64,000 nucleotides of DNA from Mobula hypostoma (taxonomy: Eukaryota): contig NC_086108.1 in the NCBI RefSeq assembly GCF_963921235.1, positions 11,470,001 to 11,534,000 of the forward strand, read 5' to 3'. The notes under the pieces are model-generated. The model did not search any database, had not been told where the DNA came from, and saw only the letters and a list, made by a program, of their open reading frames with translations. Below, piece after piece: positions 1 to 12,195 of the stretch. The position numbers and the translations under genes were made by a program. The first letter of the stretch is position 1; every line of letters begins with the position of its first letter.

Positions 1-317
1 TAAATATCTTGGCTTCCACAGCCATCTGTGGCAATGAATTCCACAGACTCACCATCATCTGCTAAAGAAATTCGTCCTCGTCTCTGTTCAAAAGATTCAA
101 GGTTCAAGATCCCGTAATGTCATTTCCAGCACACAAGTGTCAATGAGAATGAAGTAAACGTTACTCTGGATCTGATGTAGCACAAAAAATACAATGTGAT
201 AAAAATACAATAATAATAAAAATAATAAATCCAAATATGCCCCCTATTCTGAGGCTGTGCCTCTGGGTCTAGACTCTTCCACTGTGTGAAACATTCTTTC
301 CACGTCCACTTTATCTC

Positions 318-593
318 ATCATCATTATCATTCTGTGCCATGTCGTACAGCATGTGCGATCATGATCTATACATACCATTATTGTTCTTGGCACATTTTT
401 CTACAGAAATAGATTGTCATTGCCTTCTTCTGGGCAGTGCCTTTACAAGACGGGTGACTCCAGTCATTATCAATACTCTTCAGAGATTGTCTGCCTTGTG
501 TCAGTAGTTGCATAACCAGGTCGTGATATGCACCTGCTCCCATGGCTTTACGTGACCCTGATTGAGAGGAGAGGGATAAGCAGGTGTAATAGG
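318..593 (-). mobile_element. RTE/BovB-related non-autonomous SINE-like fragment
   Basis: Reverse complement of the family at 12859-13051/13858-14046 (shared motifs cactgcccagaagaaggcaat, gagtcacccgtcttgtaaag). Confidence 0.6.
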
Positions 594-872
594 TGCAACC
601 CCAAACTGTTCCAGCTTCTAGCAGCCGGGAAACAGTACCACAGCATTAAAGCCAGGACCAACAGGCTCCGGGGCAACGTCTTCCACCAGGCCATCAGACT
701 GATTAATTCATACCGGTACCATTGTATTTCTGTGCTATATTGACTGCCCTGTTGTACATACTATTTATTACAAATTACTATAAATTGCACATTGCACATT
801 TAGATGCAGATGTAACATAAAGATTTTTACTCCACATGCATGTGAAGGATGTAAGAAATAAAATCAATTCAA
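594..872 (+). mobile_element. Rex1/Babar-type LINE 3' fragment
   Basis: Encodes LFQLLAAGKQYHSIKARTNRL, a Rex1-like C-terminus, and ends aataaaatcaattcaa. Same family as 59345-61059. Confidence 0.7.
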
Positions 873-1083
873 ATATTCGAAAATTCACTTTGCCCAAGGG
901 CGACCTACAGACTAGTAGAAGGAAGGAGTGTCTTACACCTCCTTTGATAGAGACCAATCTCCACCCGCCACCCAAAATATAAACACGTCCTTGTATCTTG
1001 AGGCTGTGCCCTTTCGTGCTATACCTCCCACCATCAGAAATATCCTCTCCACATTGACTGTATGTAACACTTCCAATATTCAA

Positions 1084-1251
1084 ACAACAGGAATTCTGCA
1101 GATGCTGGAAATTCAAGCAACATACATCAAAGTTGCTGGTGAACGCAGCAGGCCAAGCAGCATCTATAGGAAGAGGCGCAGTCGACGTTTCAGGCTGAGA
1201 CCCTTCATCAGGACTAACTGAAGGACTCACCAGCAACTTTGATGTATGTTG
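1084..1251 (-). mobile_element. Penelope-like mini-insertion (pLTR fragment with inverted partial copy)
   Basis: 14-bp TSD CTTCCAATATTCAA (1070-1083 / 1252-1265). Perfect 28-bp inverted repeat 1115-1142 / 1227-1254. Same family as 18392-18814. Confidence 0.8.
1180..1215 (-). ncRNA. Minimal type I hammerhead ribozyme motif, intact core
   Basis: Minus strand reads AGUC-CUGAUGA-AGGGUCUCAGCCU-GAAA-C-GUC-GACU: stem I AGUC/GACU, CUGANGA and GAAA boxes, stem II, GUC cleavage triplet. Confidence 0.75.
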
Positions 1252-1433
1252 CTTCCAATATTCAATAGGTTTCAGTGAAATTTCCCCTCACTTTTCTGAT
1301 CCAGCGAGTACAGGCCCAGAGCCATCAAATGTTCCTCATGCCTTAACCCTTTCATTGCCAGGGTCATTCTTGTGACCCTCCTCTGGCCCTTCTCCAATGT
1401 CAGTACATCTTTTCTTAGATACAGGTCCAAAAC

Positions 1434-1878
1434 AAACATCACACAAACCAATCTTCCGTCCTTGGACTCACTTTACACCGCACGCTGTCAGAGCAGTGCT
1501 GCCAGGATAATCAAGGACACGACCCACCCAGCCAACACACTTTTCGTCCCTCTTCCCTCCGGGAGAAGGCTCAGGAGCTTGAAGACTGGTACGGCCAGAC
1601 TTGGGAACAGCTTTTTTCCAACTGTGGTAAGACTGCTGAACGGATCCTGACCCGGATCTGGACCGTACCCTCCAAATATCCTGACCTGCCTCTTAGCTTT
1701 TTGTACTACCTTACTTTCCATTTTCTATTTTCTATTTATGACTTATAATTTACATTTTTAATATTTGCAATCGATTTGTACTCCAGGGAGCAGGAAGTGC
1801 AGAATCAAATATCGCTGTGATGATTGTACGTTCTAGTATCAATTGTTTGGCGACAATAAAGTATAAAGTATAAAGCAT
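1434..1878 (+). mobile_element. Rex1/Babar-type LINE, 5'-truncated
   Basis: Encodes IIKDTTHPANTLFVPLPSGRRLRSLK...FFPTVVRLLN. (TAAAGTA)n tail. TSD AAAAC 1429-1433 / 1879-1883. Confidence 0.8.
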
Positions 1879-2197
1879 AAAACTACTCACAGTATTCAAA
1901 ATACGGTCTGACCAATGCCTTACAAAGTCTCAGTGTTACATCTTTCACTTTATATTCTAGTCTTCTCAAAATCAACGCTAACATTGTGTTTACCTTCCTC
2001 ACCACTAGCTCAAAATGTAAGTTTACCGTCTGGGAATCCTGCAGTGGGATTCCCAATTCCCTTTGCACTTCCAATTTCTGAATTTTCTCCCCATTTAGGA
2101 AATAACTTTAGTCCTTCTAACAAAATGCATGACCATACATTTCCCAACAATATATTCCCTGCCAGTATATCGAATTAATCAGAGACATTACAGAGAT

Positions 2198-2619
2198 TCC
2201 TCCAAGAAGACCACAGCCCTGTCATGGTTGGGAGGCTTGCATGTCTCCCAGATCTGGAGAACTATATTGGCCGAAGTCAGGGTCTTGTGCTTTGGCTCTT
2301 GGTAGGGTCACCCATGCCAAATAGGTCAAAGGGTAGAGGCCAGACTGAGAGTGGTCCACCGATTCTCCAGGTTTGGGGGTTCAGCTCAGGGCTAACAACC
2401 CTGAATGGTCAAACAAAACTGTTACAGAAACTGCAATGAAGGAACCTTCTACTTCTGAGTGTGATGGTATTTCTGAGACTCCAGCCAGGACTTGCATGAC
2501 TGACAGCAGTGAAAACTGAGAGGAAGCTACTGATACGATAAAGGAAGCCCTGAAAACTGCCAGAGGTGGAGGTCCTTCATTGCTGCCCTAAACGCCAGTG
2601 GTGTAATGAGCAGTAAGTT
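2198..2619 (+). mobile_element. RTE-derived non-autonomous element (5' and 3' ends joined)
   Basis: 10-bp TSD TTACAGAGAT (2188-2197 / 2620-2629). RTE-like 5' motifs accacagccctgtc and ggtcacccatgcc; RTE-like 3' end ttgctgcccta...agtaag. Confidence 0.65.
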
Positions 2620-3331
2620 TTACAGAGATCAGATCTATTCTCCAGCATACCAGAAACTCAGTGTTCCAAAACCCTGGAATATCCACCCTGAAAGGTGAAA
2701 ATATTGGGTCTTAGATCAAATGGAGGCTTAATGGCTGCAATGTCCCATTGTCTCGTTTGTCACCTTGAGCTCCATCAAGCCAAATAAACACAGATTGGCA
2801 AGACATCATCACAACAGCTGTTTGTTCCACCCACTTTGGAAAGGTTTCCAAATCCAGCTGCAAGTGTTTCTCCATCATCAACACTGGATTAATTGGGACC
2901 CACATCAACAGGCAATATGCATGCTTGCCAGAAAGCATCAGTTGCAGTCAATGCACCCTTTGTACTGATTGCAGAGAGAAGGTTTATACACCTGGGGCAT
3001 TTCTGGGCTGAGCAATCCAATGATCTGTGTCTACTCACTGAAGTCTGTGCGCTGTGTCACTTTCAGCCACTGTCAACTGCGAAAACATGTCAAGTGCTTC
3101 CCAGATCCTTCATAAAGAAATAAGACAGATGAAGCACAAAATATTCCCCCCTCATTGTTCATGATGTTGTTCTGCTAGTCTTCCTGGGAAAGATCTAATA
3201 GGCACCAAAGGGGCAATTTTTTCATCCAGAAGGCAGTAGGTATGTGGAATGAGCATACAGAGGAAGTGGGTAAAATAAAGTTCAAAGCTCAAAGATCAAA
3301 GATTATCAAGGTATGTATACTATATATGACC

Positions 3332-6205
3332 ATATATAACACTATAACAATTGCAGCACAGAAACAGGCCATCTCGGCCCTTCTAATCCGTGCTGAACGA
3401 TTATTCTCACCTTGTCCCACCGACCTGCACTCAGCCCATAACCCTCCATTCCTTTCCTGTCCATATAGCTGTCCAATTTAACTTTAAATGACAACATCGA
3501 ACCTACCTCAGCCACTTCTGCTGGAAGCTTGTTCCACATAGCCACCACTCTCTGAGTAAAGAAGTTCCCCCTCATGTTACCCCTAAACTTTTGCCCTTTA
3601 ACTCTCAACTCATGTCCTCTTGTTTGAATCTCCCCTATTATCAATGGAAAACGTCTATCTACGTCAACTCTATCTATCCCTCTTATAATTTTAAATACCT
3701 CTATCAAGTCCACCCTCAACCTTCTACGCTCCAAAGAATTAAGACCCAACTTGTTCAACCTTTCTCTGTAACTTAGGAGATGAAACCCAGGTAACATTCT
3801 AGTAAATCTTCTCTGTACTCTCTCTATTTTGTTGACATCGTTCCTATAATTCGGTGACCAGAACTGTACATAATACTCCAAATTTGGCCTTACCAATGCT
3901 TTGTACAATTTTAACATTACATCCCAACTCCTATACTCAATGCTCTGATTTATAAAGGCAAGCATACCAAAAGCTTTCTTCACCACCCTAACGACATGAG
4001 ATTCCACCTTCAGGGAACTATGCACCGTTATTCCTAGATCCCTCTGTTCTACTGCCCTACCATTTACCATGTATGTCCTATTTTGATTAGTCCTACCAAA
4101 ATGTAGCACCTCACATTTATCAGCATTAAACTCCATCTGCCATCTTTCAGCCCACTCTTCTAACTGGCCTAAATCTCTCTGCAAGCTTTGAAAAACTACT
4201 TCATTATCCACAATGCCACCTATCTTAGTATCATCTGCATGCTTACTAATCCAGTTTACCACCCCATCATCCAGATCATTAATGTATATGACAAAGAACA
4301 TTGGACCCAGTACAGATCCCTGAGGCACACCACTAGTCACCGGCCTCTGATCTGACAAACAGTTATCCACCACTTTCTGACATCTCCCATCCAGCCACTG
4401 CTGAATCCATTTTACTACTTCAATATTAATACCTAACGATTGAACCTTCCTAACTAACCTTCCATGTGGAACCTTGTCAAAGGCTTTACTGAAGTCCATA
4501 TAGACAACATCCACTGCTTTATCCTCATCAACTTTCCTAGTAACCTCTTCAAAAAATTCAATTAAGATTTGTCAAACATGACTTCCCATGCACAAACCCA
4601 TGTTGACTGTTCCTAATCAGATCCTGTCTATCCAGATAATTATATATACCATCTCTAAGAACACTTTCCATCAATTTACCCACCACTGACGTCAAACTCA
4701 CAGGCCGATAATTGCTAGGTTTACTCTTAGAACCCTTTTTAAACAATGGAACAACATGAGCAATATGCCAATCCTCCGGCACCATCCCCGTTTCTAATGA
4801 CATTTGAAATATTTCTGTCAGAGCCCCTGCTATTTCCACACTAACTTCCCTCAAGGTCCTAGGGAATATCCTGTCACGACCCAGAGACTTATCCACTTTT
4901 ATGTTCCTTAAAAGCGCCAGTACTTCCTCTTCTTTAATCATCATAGTTTCCATTACTTCCCTATCTGTTTCCCTTACCTTACACAATTCAATACCCTTCT
5001 CCTTAGTGAATACCGAAGAAAAGAAATTGTTCAAAATCTCCCCCTATCTCTTTTGGCTCCACACACAGCTGTCCACTCTGATTCTTTAAGGGACCAATTT
5101 TATCCCTCACTACTCTTTTGCTATTAATATAACTGTAGAAACCCTTTGGATTTATTTTCACCTTACTTGCCAAAGCAACCTCATATCTTCTTTTAGGTTT
5201 TCTAATTTCTTTCTTAAGATTCTTTTTACATTCTTTATATTCCTGGGGCACCTCATTTACTCCATGCTGCCTATTTTTATTGTAGATATCTCTCTTTTTC
5301 TGAACCAAGTTTCTAATATCCCTTGAAAACCATGGCTCTCTCAAACGTTTAACCTTTCCTTTCAACCTAACAGGGACATAAAGATTCTGTACCCTCAAAA
5401 TTTCACCTTTAAATGACCTCCATTTCTCTATTACATCCTTCCCATAAAACAAAATGTCCCAATCCACTCCTTCTAAATCCTTTCGCATCTCCTTAAAGTT
5501 AGCCTTTCTTCAATCAAAAATCTCAACCCTGGGTCCAGTCCTATCCTTCTCTATAATTATATTGAAACTAATGGCATTGTGATCACTGGACCCGAAGTGC
5601 TCCCCAGTACATACCTCCATCACCTGACCTATCTCATTCCCTAACAGGAGATCCAACACTGCCCCTTCTTCAGTTGGTACCTCTATGTATTGCTGCAAAA
5701 AAACTATCTTGCACACATTTTACAAACTCCAAACCATCCAGCACTTTTACAGTATGGGCTTTCCAGTCTACGTGTGGAAAATTAAAATCTCCTACAATCA
5801 CAACCTTGTCCTTACTACAAATACCTGCTATCTCCTTACAAATTTGCTCCTCCAATTCTTGCTCCTCATTTGGTGGTCTATAATACACCCCTATAAGTGT
5901 TACTACACCCTTCCCATTCCTCAATTCCACCCAAATAGCCTCCCAAGATGAGCCCTCTAATCTATCCTGCCAGAGCACCGCTGTAATATTTTCTCTGACA
6001 AGCAGTGCAACACCTCCCCCTCTTGTCCCTCCCATTCTATCACACCTGAAGCAATGAAATCCAGGAATATTTAGTTGCTAATCACACACCTCCTGCAACC
6101 ATGTTTCACTAATAGCTACAACATCATACTTCCAGGTATCAATCCATGCTCTGAACTCATCCACCTTTCTTATAATGCTCCTAGCTTTAAAATAAATGCA
6201 TTTAA
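3332..6205 (-). mobile_element. CR1 LINE, near-complete ORF2 (APE endonuclease + RT), frameshifted
   Basis: ORFs 5670..6035 (GGGVALLVR, YYRPP, VGDFN), 5510..5716 (SDHN), 4558..5034 (NYRPVSLTS), 3342..4514 (DFSKAFDKVPH, GVPQGSVLGP, HADD). Possible TSD GACC 3328-3331 / 6206-6209. Confidence 0.95.
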
Positions 6206-6579
6206 GACCTTGAGATTTGCCTCCTTACAGACAGCCACAGAAGAGAAACCTAATAGAACACATCAGAACAAAAGAAAACCGTCAAACACCCAATGTGCAG
6301 AGAGAAAGAAAAATAAATTGTGGAAACAAAATAAATAGTAAACAAATAGCATTCAGAATGAATTGATTCCACAGAGACAAAGTCAGCAGTCGATCCAGCC
6401 TCTGTTCAGCATAGAGAAGAGTAAATCTCGTGGAGCAGTGAGCCCATTCCTCACCTCCGGCCCTGACACCCTGACCTTTCCTATCTGGCCTGGCTCTTAA
6501 ATCCTCCAAACCTCGGGTCGTTTTGTACTCTCAGACCCGGGAAAGAACAAGGTAGTTACATGGGAGGAAAGGTTCAGAG

Positions 6580-6659
6580 CAGGGGTTCCCAACCCTTTTT
6601 ATGCCATGGACTCCTGCCATTAACCAAGGGCTCCATGGACCTCAGGTGGAGAATCCTTG
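6580..6659. mobile_element. hAT-type MITE (~80 bp)
   Basis: Imperfect TIRs CAGGGGTTCCCAACC / GGTGGAGAATCCTTG. Flanks gttcagag / tttagag resemble a degraded 8-bp TSD. Confidence 0.6.
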
Positions 6660-7584
6660 TTTAGAGGGATATGGGACAATGGGGCAAATGGGACTAACTT
6701 GGTCAGCATGGGTGAGATGGGCCGAAGGGACAGTTTCTGTGCTGAATAAACACCATGATTCTACAATCCGGTGGTACGATCTGAGTTTGGGGTAATAGGT
6801 AGATATGTGTATGGTTTTATCTGAATCAGGGCATTGGGAACTGAAGCATATTTGTTCTTAACTGGTTAGCTACTTAACTAGAAATAATTATTGAATAAAG
6901 AATTTACCAAATTGAACGTATAAATTGAGATTGTCCAGACAATGTTAGGGCGTATTCTGCAGTTAGGGTCTATAGCAAATATTAATTTCAACAGTAGCCA
7001 AGCTTCAGATTTGAATGTGGATTGTAGATGGAATTTAAAACACAGCTCAAAACAATGGGTTTCCTGAAGTTGCAGCCTGGGGTCAATAACAAACAAAGAA
7101 ACACTCCACTTGTACGTCAGATGTCTGCATATGCATGAGTCAATGGGTATTAACATTTATTTTGGGTGTCTGTAGAGTGGGTGAAAATATGGAGGTGTTT
7201 GACAACTATAAGTAATTCAGAGGAAACATTGTAGATACTTTGCAACTATAGAATTGTCCTGCTATTATCTTTGATCTTTCGGATATAAAAATATCATGTA
7301 ATATTGGTTCGAGAGGCCTCTTCCTCCAAGAGAATTTTGAATATGATGCTTGTATGCTTGTTTTGCTCTATACCCACGAGGTGCAGTGTCTTTCCAGTGA
7401 ACTTGCTCACAGTTACATGATCTGAGTTTGGGATAACATTATGCATGTAATTTTATCTGAATCAGGTCATTAGCTGAAAGCATATCTGTCCTTAATTGGA
7501 TAGCTACATAGCTAGAAATAATTATTGAATAAAGAAATTACCTAATTGAATATATAAGTTGAGGTTGGTCAGACAGGACATACT

Positions 7585-8460
7585 TTTGGCACATTGGCCT
7601 TCATAGATCAAAGTACTGAGTACAGGAGATGGGATGTAATGTTGAAGTTGTATAAGATATTGGCGAGGCTGAATTTGGAATGTTGTGTGCAGTTCTAGTC
7701 ACCTACCTACAGGAAAGATGTAAAAAAGATTGAAAGAGTACAGAGAAAATTTACAAGGCTGTTGCCGGGTCTAGAGGACTTGAACTAAAAGGAAAGATTA
7801 AATAGGTTCAGGCAGCATGGTAGCGAAGTGGTTCTCATAACGCTTTACCGTACCAGAGATTTGGGTTCATTTCCCATCACTGTCCATAAGGAGTTTGCAC
7901 ATTCTCCTCGTGACTCCATATGGGTTACTTTCAGGTGTTCCGTTTCCTCCCACAGTACGAAGACATACTGGTTGGCAGGTTAATTCATCTATGTATATTG
8001 TCCCATGATTAGGCTCGGATTAAATGGGGGGATTGCTGGGCAGCACAGTTCGAAGGGCCAGAAGATCTTATTCTGTGCTGTATCTCAGTAAATAAAGTAA
8101 GGTAAGGACTTTATTCTTTAGAACGTAGAAGACTGAGAGGAGATTTGATCAAGGTATACACAATTATGAGGGGTATAAACAGGATAAATGTAAGCAGGTT
8201 TTTTCCACTGGGACTACAACCAAAGATCATGAGTTGAGGGTGAAAGGTGAAAAGTTTAAGGGGAAGATAAGAGGAAACCCCTTCACTCACAGGGTGGTGG
8301 ATGCAAGTTCGACTTCAATGTTTAAGTTTGGAAAGGTACGTGGATGGTAGGGGTATGGAGGGATATGATCCCAGTGCAGGTCAATGGGAGTAGGCAGGTT
8401 AAATGGTTCAGAAAAGACAGATGGCAGAAATGACCTGTTTCTGTGCTGTAGCTTTATGAC
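7585..8460 (+). mobile_element. CR1 3' fragment containing a SINE
   Basis: CR1 RT C-terminal motifs (gtgtgcagttctagtcacc, gagaggagatttgatc) continue on both sides of 7811-8099. Confidence 0.75.
7811..8099 (+). mobile_element. tRNA-derived V-SINE (HE1-like)
   Basis: tRNA-like head (ggtagcgaagtggtt, gggttcatttccc), V-domain ggagtttgcacattctcc...tttcctcccacag, CR1-like tail ctgtgctgtatctcagtaaataaa. Confidence 0.7.
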
Positions 8461-10310
8461 AGGCTGAGTACCTAATTGTCGGCTTGCGTCTCCTGAGGCT
8501 GTAGTCGAGTACCTCTGGTTCGAATCTCTCCAGAATACTGTACATACCCAAATGGAATATTTCTTTGGGGAGAAGGCAGGAGATTGGGACTGAGAAGCCA
8601 AATGGATCAGCCGTGATGAAATGGCGGAGCAGGCTCAATGGTCTAATGCTAATATGTGCACATAAACTCAAACTTGGACTCACAATCTCAGACTCCCATG
8701 TGCTCCTTTAATTAGTTCAACCTTTTGAAGTTGCGAAACATTAGAGTGTTCTTTCTAGAAGAAGAAATGAGATCGGACTCAAATCCTCAAGGGGAAAAAG
8801 AAATAGGGAGGTCCAAAGGCTTTGAACAAGAAGTGCGTGGGTTGTAAAAGAAATGTTGGCAGCCTAAACGTCAAGAAAATATTCGGGCATATTCAGGAGA
8901 AAATATTAACTTCACTAGCACCAATGAATGTGGATTATAGATTGAATTTAAAATGGAGCCCAAAACAATAGTTATCCTGGAGTTGATTGCAAACCAGACA
9001 ATGTGAATGAACATTCATTTTGAGTGTCCGGAGTGTGGATGCAAAGGAAGAGATGTGAAAACGATAAGCAATTCAAAGGAAGCGTTGTACATTGTAACTA
9101 TAGAATTGTCCTGCTGTTACTTTTGATCTTTAACGTATTAAAATGTCATGTAATGTTGGGTCGAGAGGCCTCTTTCTCCAAGATGATGCCTGCTGTTTGT
9201 TTTTGTTGAATAAAACACTTCAATGTCCACTAGCTTCAGTGTCTCTCTGGTGACTTTGTTCATGTTACAACACAAAATAGCAAACCAAGGTATAGGAAAG
9301 AGCACGGGAAGACATTGACGGCATTGGAACAAACACAGTTTAGATGGTTAATCACAAGGTGAGAGAAAATTTAATTAAAATGGGATAAACTGTCGGTGCG
9401 GTAACACGCACACAGTGTCTGCAGTAAAACACTTGGTGTATTGGGAGAAACAAGATGTAGCAGGGATTACTGTGAGAAGGTCGCAGAAAAAAATCAAGAC
9501 AGAATTAAATACCGAAGCATATAACGTTCCAGCAGGATGGAGAAGGGAAAGGAATAGTTGATTAGGGAAGTTAATGGCTGCAGACACAGAGACATAGCTG
9601 TAAGCAAGATAAAAATAGAAACCATATAGATGTAGGTAATAAAGAATGGTTTACACTAATGGATGTGCTGTAGAGATCATTTCAAAGCAGGAGAAGGGAG
9701 GAAGAAATAGAGCAATAATCAGGGGAGTTTCAGCTGCCCTGATATGGACTGGACCAGAGGTTGGAAACGTGAGTAGAGAGTCGAGAGTCTACACCAATAA
9801 ATCAATGTGCGCTGTCACAGGCCTGGGAGCATCAGCCACTGAATCATGAGGCAGGCCTGAAGGAGTGAGTGGCCGATTTTAATTCAATGATTCAACGGTT
9901 CAATGTTTCAATTTAATATCAGACTATATAAACAGTATACAGCCTGTAATTCTTACTCTTCGCTGACATCCGCAAAACAGAAAAAAACAAAGAATGAATG
10001 ACAGAAAATGTTAGAACCACAAACCCCCCCCCCCGATGCACATGCAGCAGCAAAAACATCAACCCTAACCGCACTTGCTTCAGCAAAAGCAATCAACCCC
10101 ACCACTGCAAGCAATAGCAAAGTCCCCAGAGACCATCAGACAGGCTCTCTCTCTCTCTCTCGCTAGCGAGAGTGAGAGAGATATCGCTCCTGCAGCAATG
10201 AGAGGGGAGAGCAGCAGCTCGCCATTTCAATGTTACAATCTGCCATCGCATCGCTTGACCAAGTTTCCCTGACTCAAGGACCAGCAGATTCACGATTCAC
10301 ACTCACCATT

Positions 10311-10312
<2 letters not shown>

Positions 10313-10355
<43 letters not shown>

Positions 10356-10504
10356 AGATGGAGAGAGAGTGAGAGAGTGTGTGAGAGAGATGGGGAGAGA
10401 GAGAGATGGAGAGAGAGTGAGAGAGAGAAAGAGAGAGAGAGTGAGAGAGAGAGAGAAAGAGAGATGGAGAGAGAGTGAGAGAGAGAGAGAGAGAGAGATG
10501 GAGA

Positions 10505-10534
<30 letters not shown>
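10313..10534. repeat. (GA)n microsatellite, imperfect
   Basis: Seen directly. It explains the spurious ER/LS-repeat ORFs. Confidence 0.95.
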
Positions 10535-10535
<1 letters not shown>

Positions 10536-10634
10536 TTGTCACCTTAATGCAGGGGCCTTCTTTTGACAGCAGTATACATTGCCTGCCTGAAGTCTCGATA
10601 TTTCAATTTCCTGCAACACTTCCTATAATCTCGT

Positions 10635-12195
10635 GCATGTACTTGGAATATCGTGTTAAGTTTATGAAGGATGTGGAAGCTTTAGAGAAGGTGCAGAGGA
10701 GTTTTACCAGGATGCTGCCTGGATTTGAGAGCATGTTTCACGAAGATAGGATGAGAGAGCTAGGGTTTTCCCCTTTGCAGTGAAGAAGATGAGAGGTGAC
10801 TTGATAGAGGTGTACAGGATGATAAGAGGCATAGATCGAGTGGATAGCCAGCAACTTTATTCCCAGGACGCAAATGGCAAACGCAGAGGGCCGTAATCTT
10901 AAGGTGATTGAAGGAAAGTAAGTTTGCAGACATGATGAAGATAGGTAGCGGGGCAGGTCATGCTGAAGAAGCAGAGAGGCTGCAGAAGGACTTAGACAGA
11001 TTAGGAGAATGAACAAAGAAGTGACAGATGGAAAGTAGTGTCAGGGAGTGTATGGCCATGCACTTTGGTAGAAGAAATAACAGCACAGAAAATTTTCTAA
11101 ATGGAGAGATGCAAAGGGACTTGAGCAAGTTGAATCAGTGGAGAGGAAGGTAAATGTCATGTTAGTATTCATTTCGAGAGGGCTAGAATCTCAAAGCAAG
11201 GATGCAATACTGAAGCTTTATAACGAACTGGTAAGGCCTAACTTTGAGTACTGCGAGCAGTTTTGAGCCCCTTATCTGAGAAAGGATATGCTTACATTGG
11301 AGAGAGTTCAGAGAAGGTTCACATGAATGATTCCAAGAATGAAAGCATTACCATATGAGGACCGATCATCACTGGAATTCAGAAGAGTGAAGGGGATCTC
11401 ATTGAAACCTATCAAATGTTGAAAGGCCTCTATAGAGCAGATGTGGAGAGGATGTTTCCTATGCTGCAGGAGTTTAAGACTAGAGGACCCCGTCTCAGAA
11501 TAGAGGGACATCCATTTAGAACAGAGATGAGGAGGAATTTCTTTATCCAGAGAGTGGTGAAGCATTACGAAGGACCCCACACACCCCTCATACAAACTCT
11601 TCTCCCTCCTACCATCTGGCAGAAGGCACTGAAGCATTCGGCCTCTCATAACCAGACTATGTAACAGTTTCTTCCCCTAAGCCATCAGACTCCTCAATAC
11701 CCAGAGCCTGGACTGATACCAACCTACTGCCCTCTACTGTGCTTATTGTCTTGTTTATTATTTATTGTAATGCCTGCTCTGTTTTGTGCACTTTATGCAG
11801 TCCTAGGTAGGTCTGTAGTCTAGTGTAGTTTTGGTGTTGATTTACCTAGTTCAGTGTAGTTTTTGTATTGTTTCACGTAGCACCATGGTCCTGAAAAACG
11901 TTGTCTCGTTTTTACTGTGTACTGTACCAGCAGATATGGTCGAAATGACAATAAAAAGTGACTTGACTTGACTTGACTTGTGAATCTGTGGACAACATTG
12001 CTACAGGTGGCTATGGAGGCCAAGCCATTGGGTATATTTAAGGCAGAGGTTAACTGATGTTTTGATTAGTCAGGGCTTGAAAGATTATGGGGAGAAGGCA
12101 GAAGAATGGGGCTGAGGGGAAAATTGATCACACATGATGAAATGGTGGAGTAGACTTGATGGACCAAATGGCCTAATTCTGCTCCTATATATTAT
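10635..12195 (+). mobile_element. Degraded CR1 3' fragments
   Basis: Encode ALEKVQRSFTRMLPG and RIEGHPFRTEMRRNFFIQRVV; a CR1-type 3' UTR ends near 12190. Confidence 0.75.
11562..11979 (+). mobile_element. Rex1/Babar-type 3' fragment nested in CR1
   Basis: (GACTT)n tail. TSD GTGAA 11557-11561 / 11980-11984. Confidence 0.75.

Larger units (their letters stand above)
987..2160 (-). mobile_element. CR1 LINE 3' RT fragment, host of two nested insertions
   Basis: ORF 1883..2074 LCKALVRPYFEYCE is a CR1 motif. The sequence resumes across the inserts at 1084-1251 and 1434-1878. Confidence 0.8.
6772..9272 (+). repeat. Two diverged head-to-tail LTR-like units; the second is interrupted by CR1 and SINE insertions
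   Basis: 6772-7417 aligns by eye with 7418-7575 plus 8885-9269. Both units end in ...GTTACA, and unit 2 has AATAAA near its end. Confidence 0.6.

Noticed and set aside
7811..7880. tRNA gene
   Set aside because: It is a degenerate tRNA-derived SINE head continuing into a V-domain, with no intact cloverleaf. The same applies to the copies at 15991, 16529 and 32362.
10230..10783. ER-repeat ORFs
   Set aside because: They come from the (GA)n microsatellite running into a CR1 fragment.
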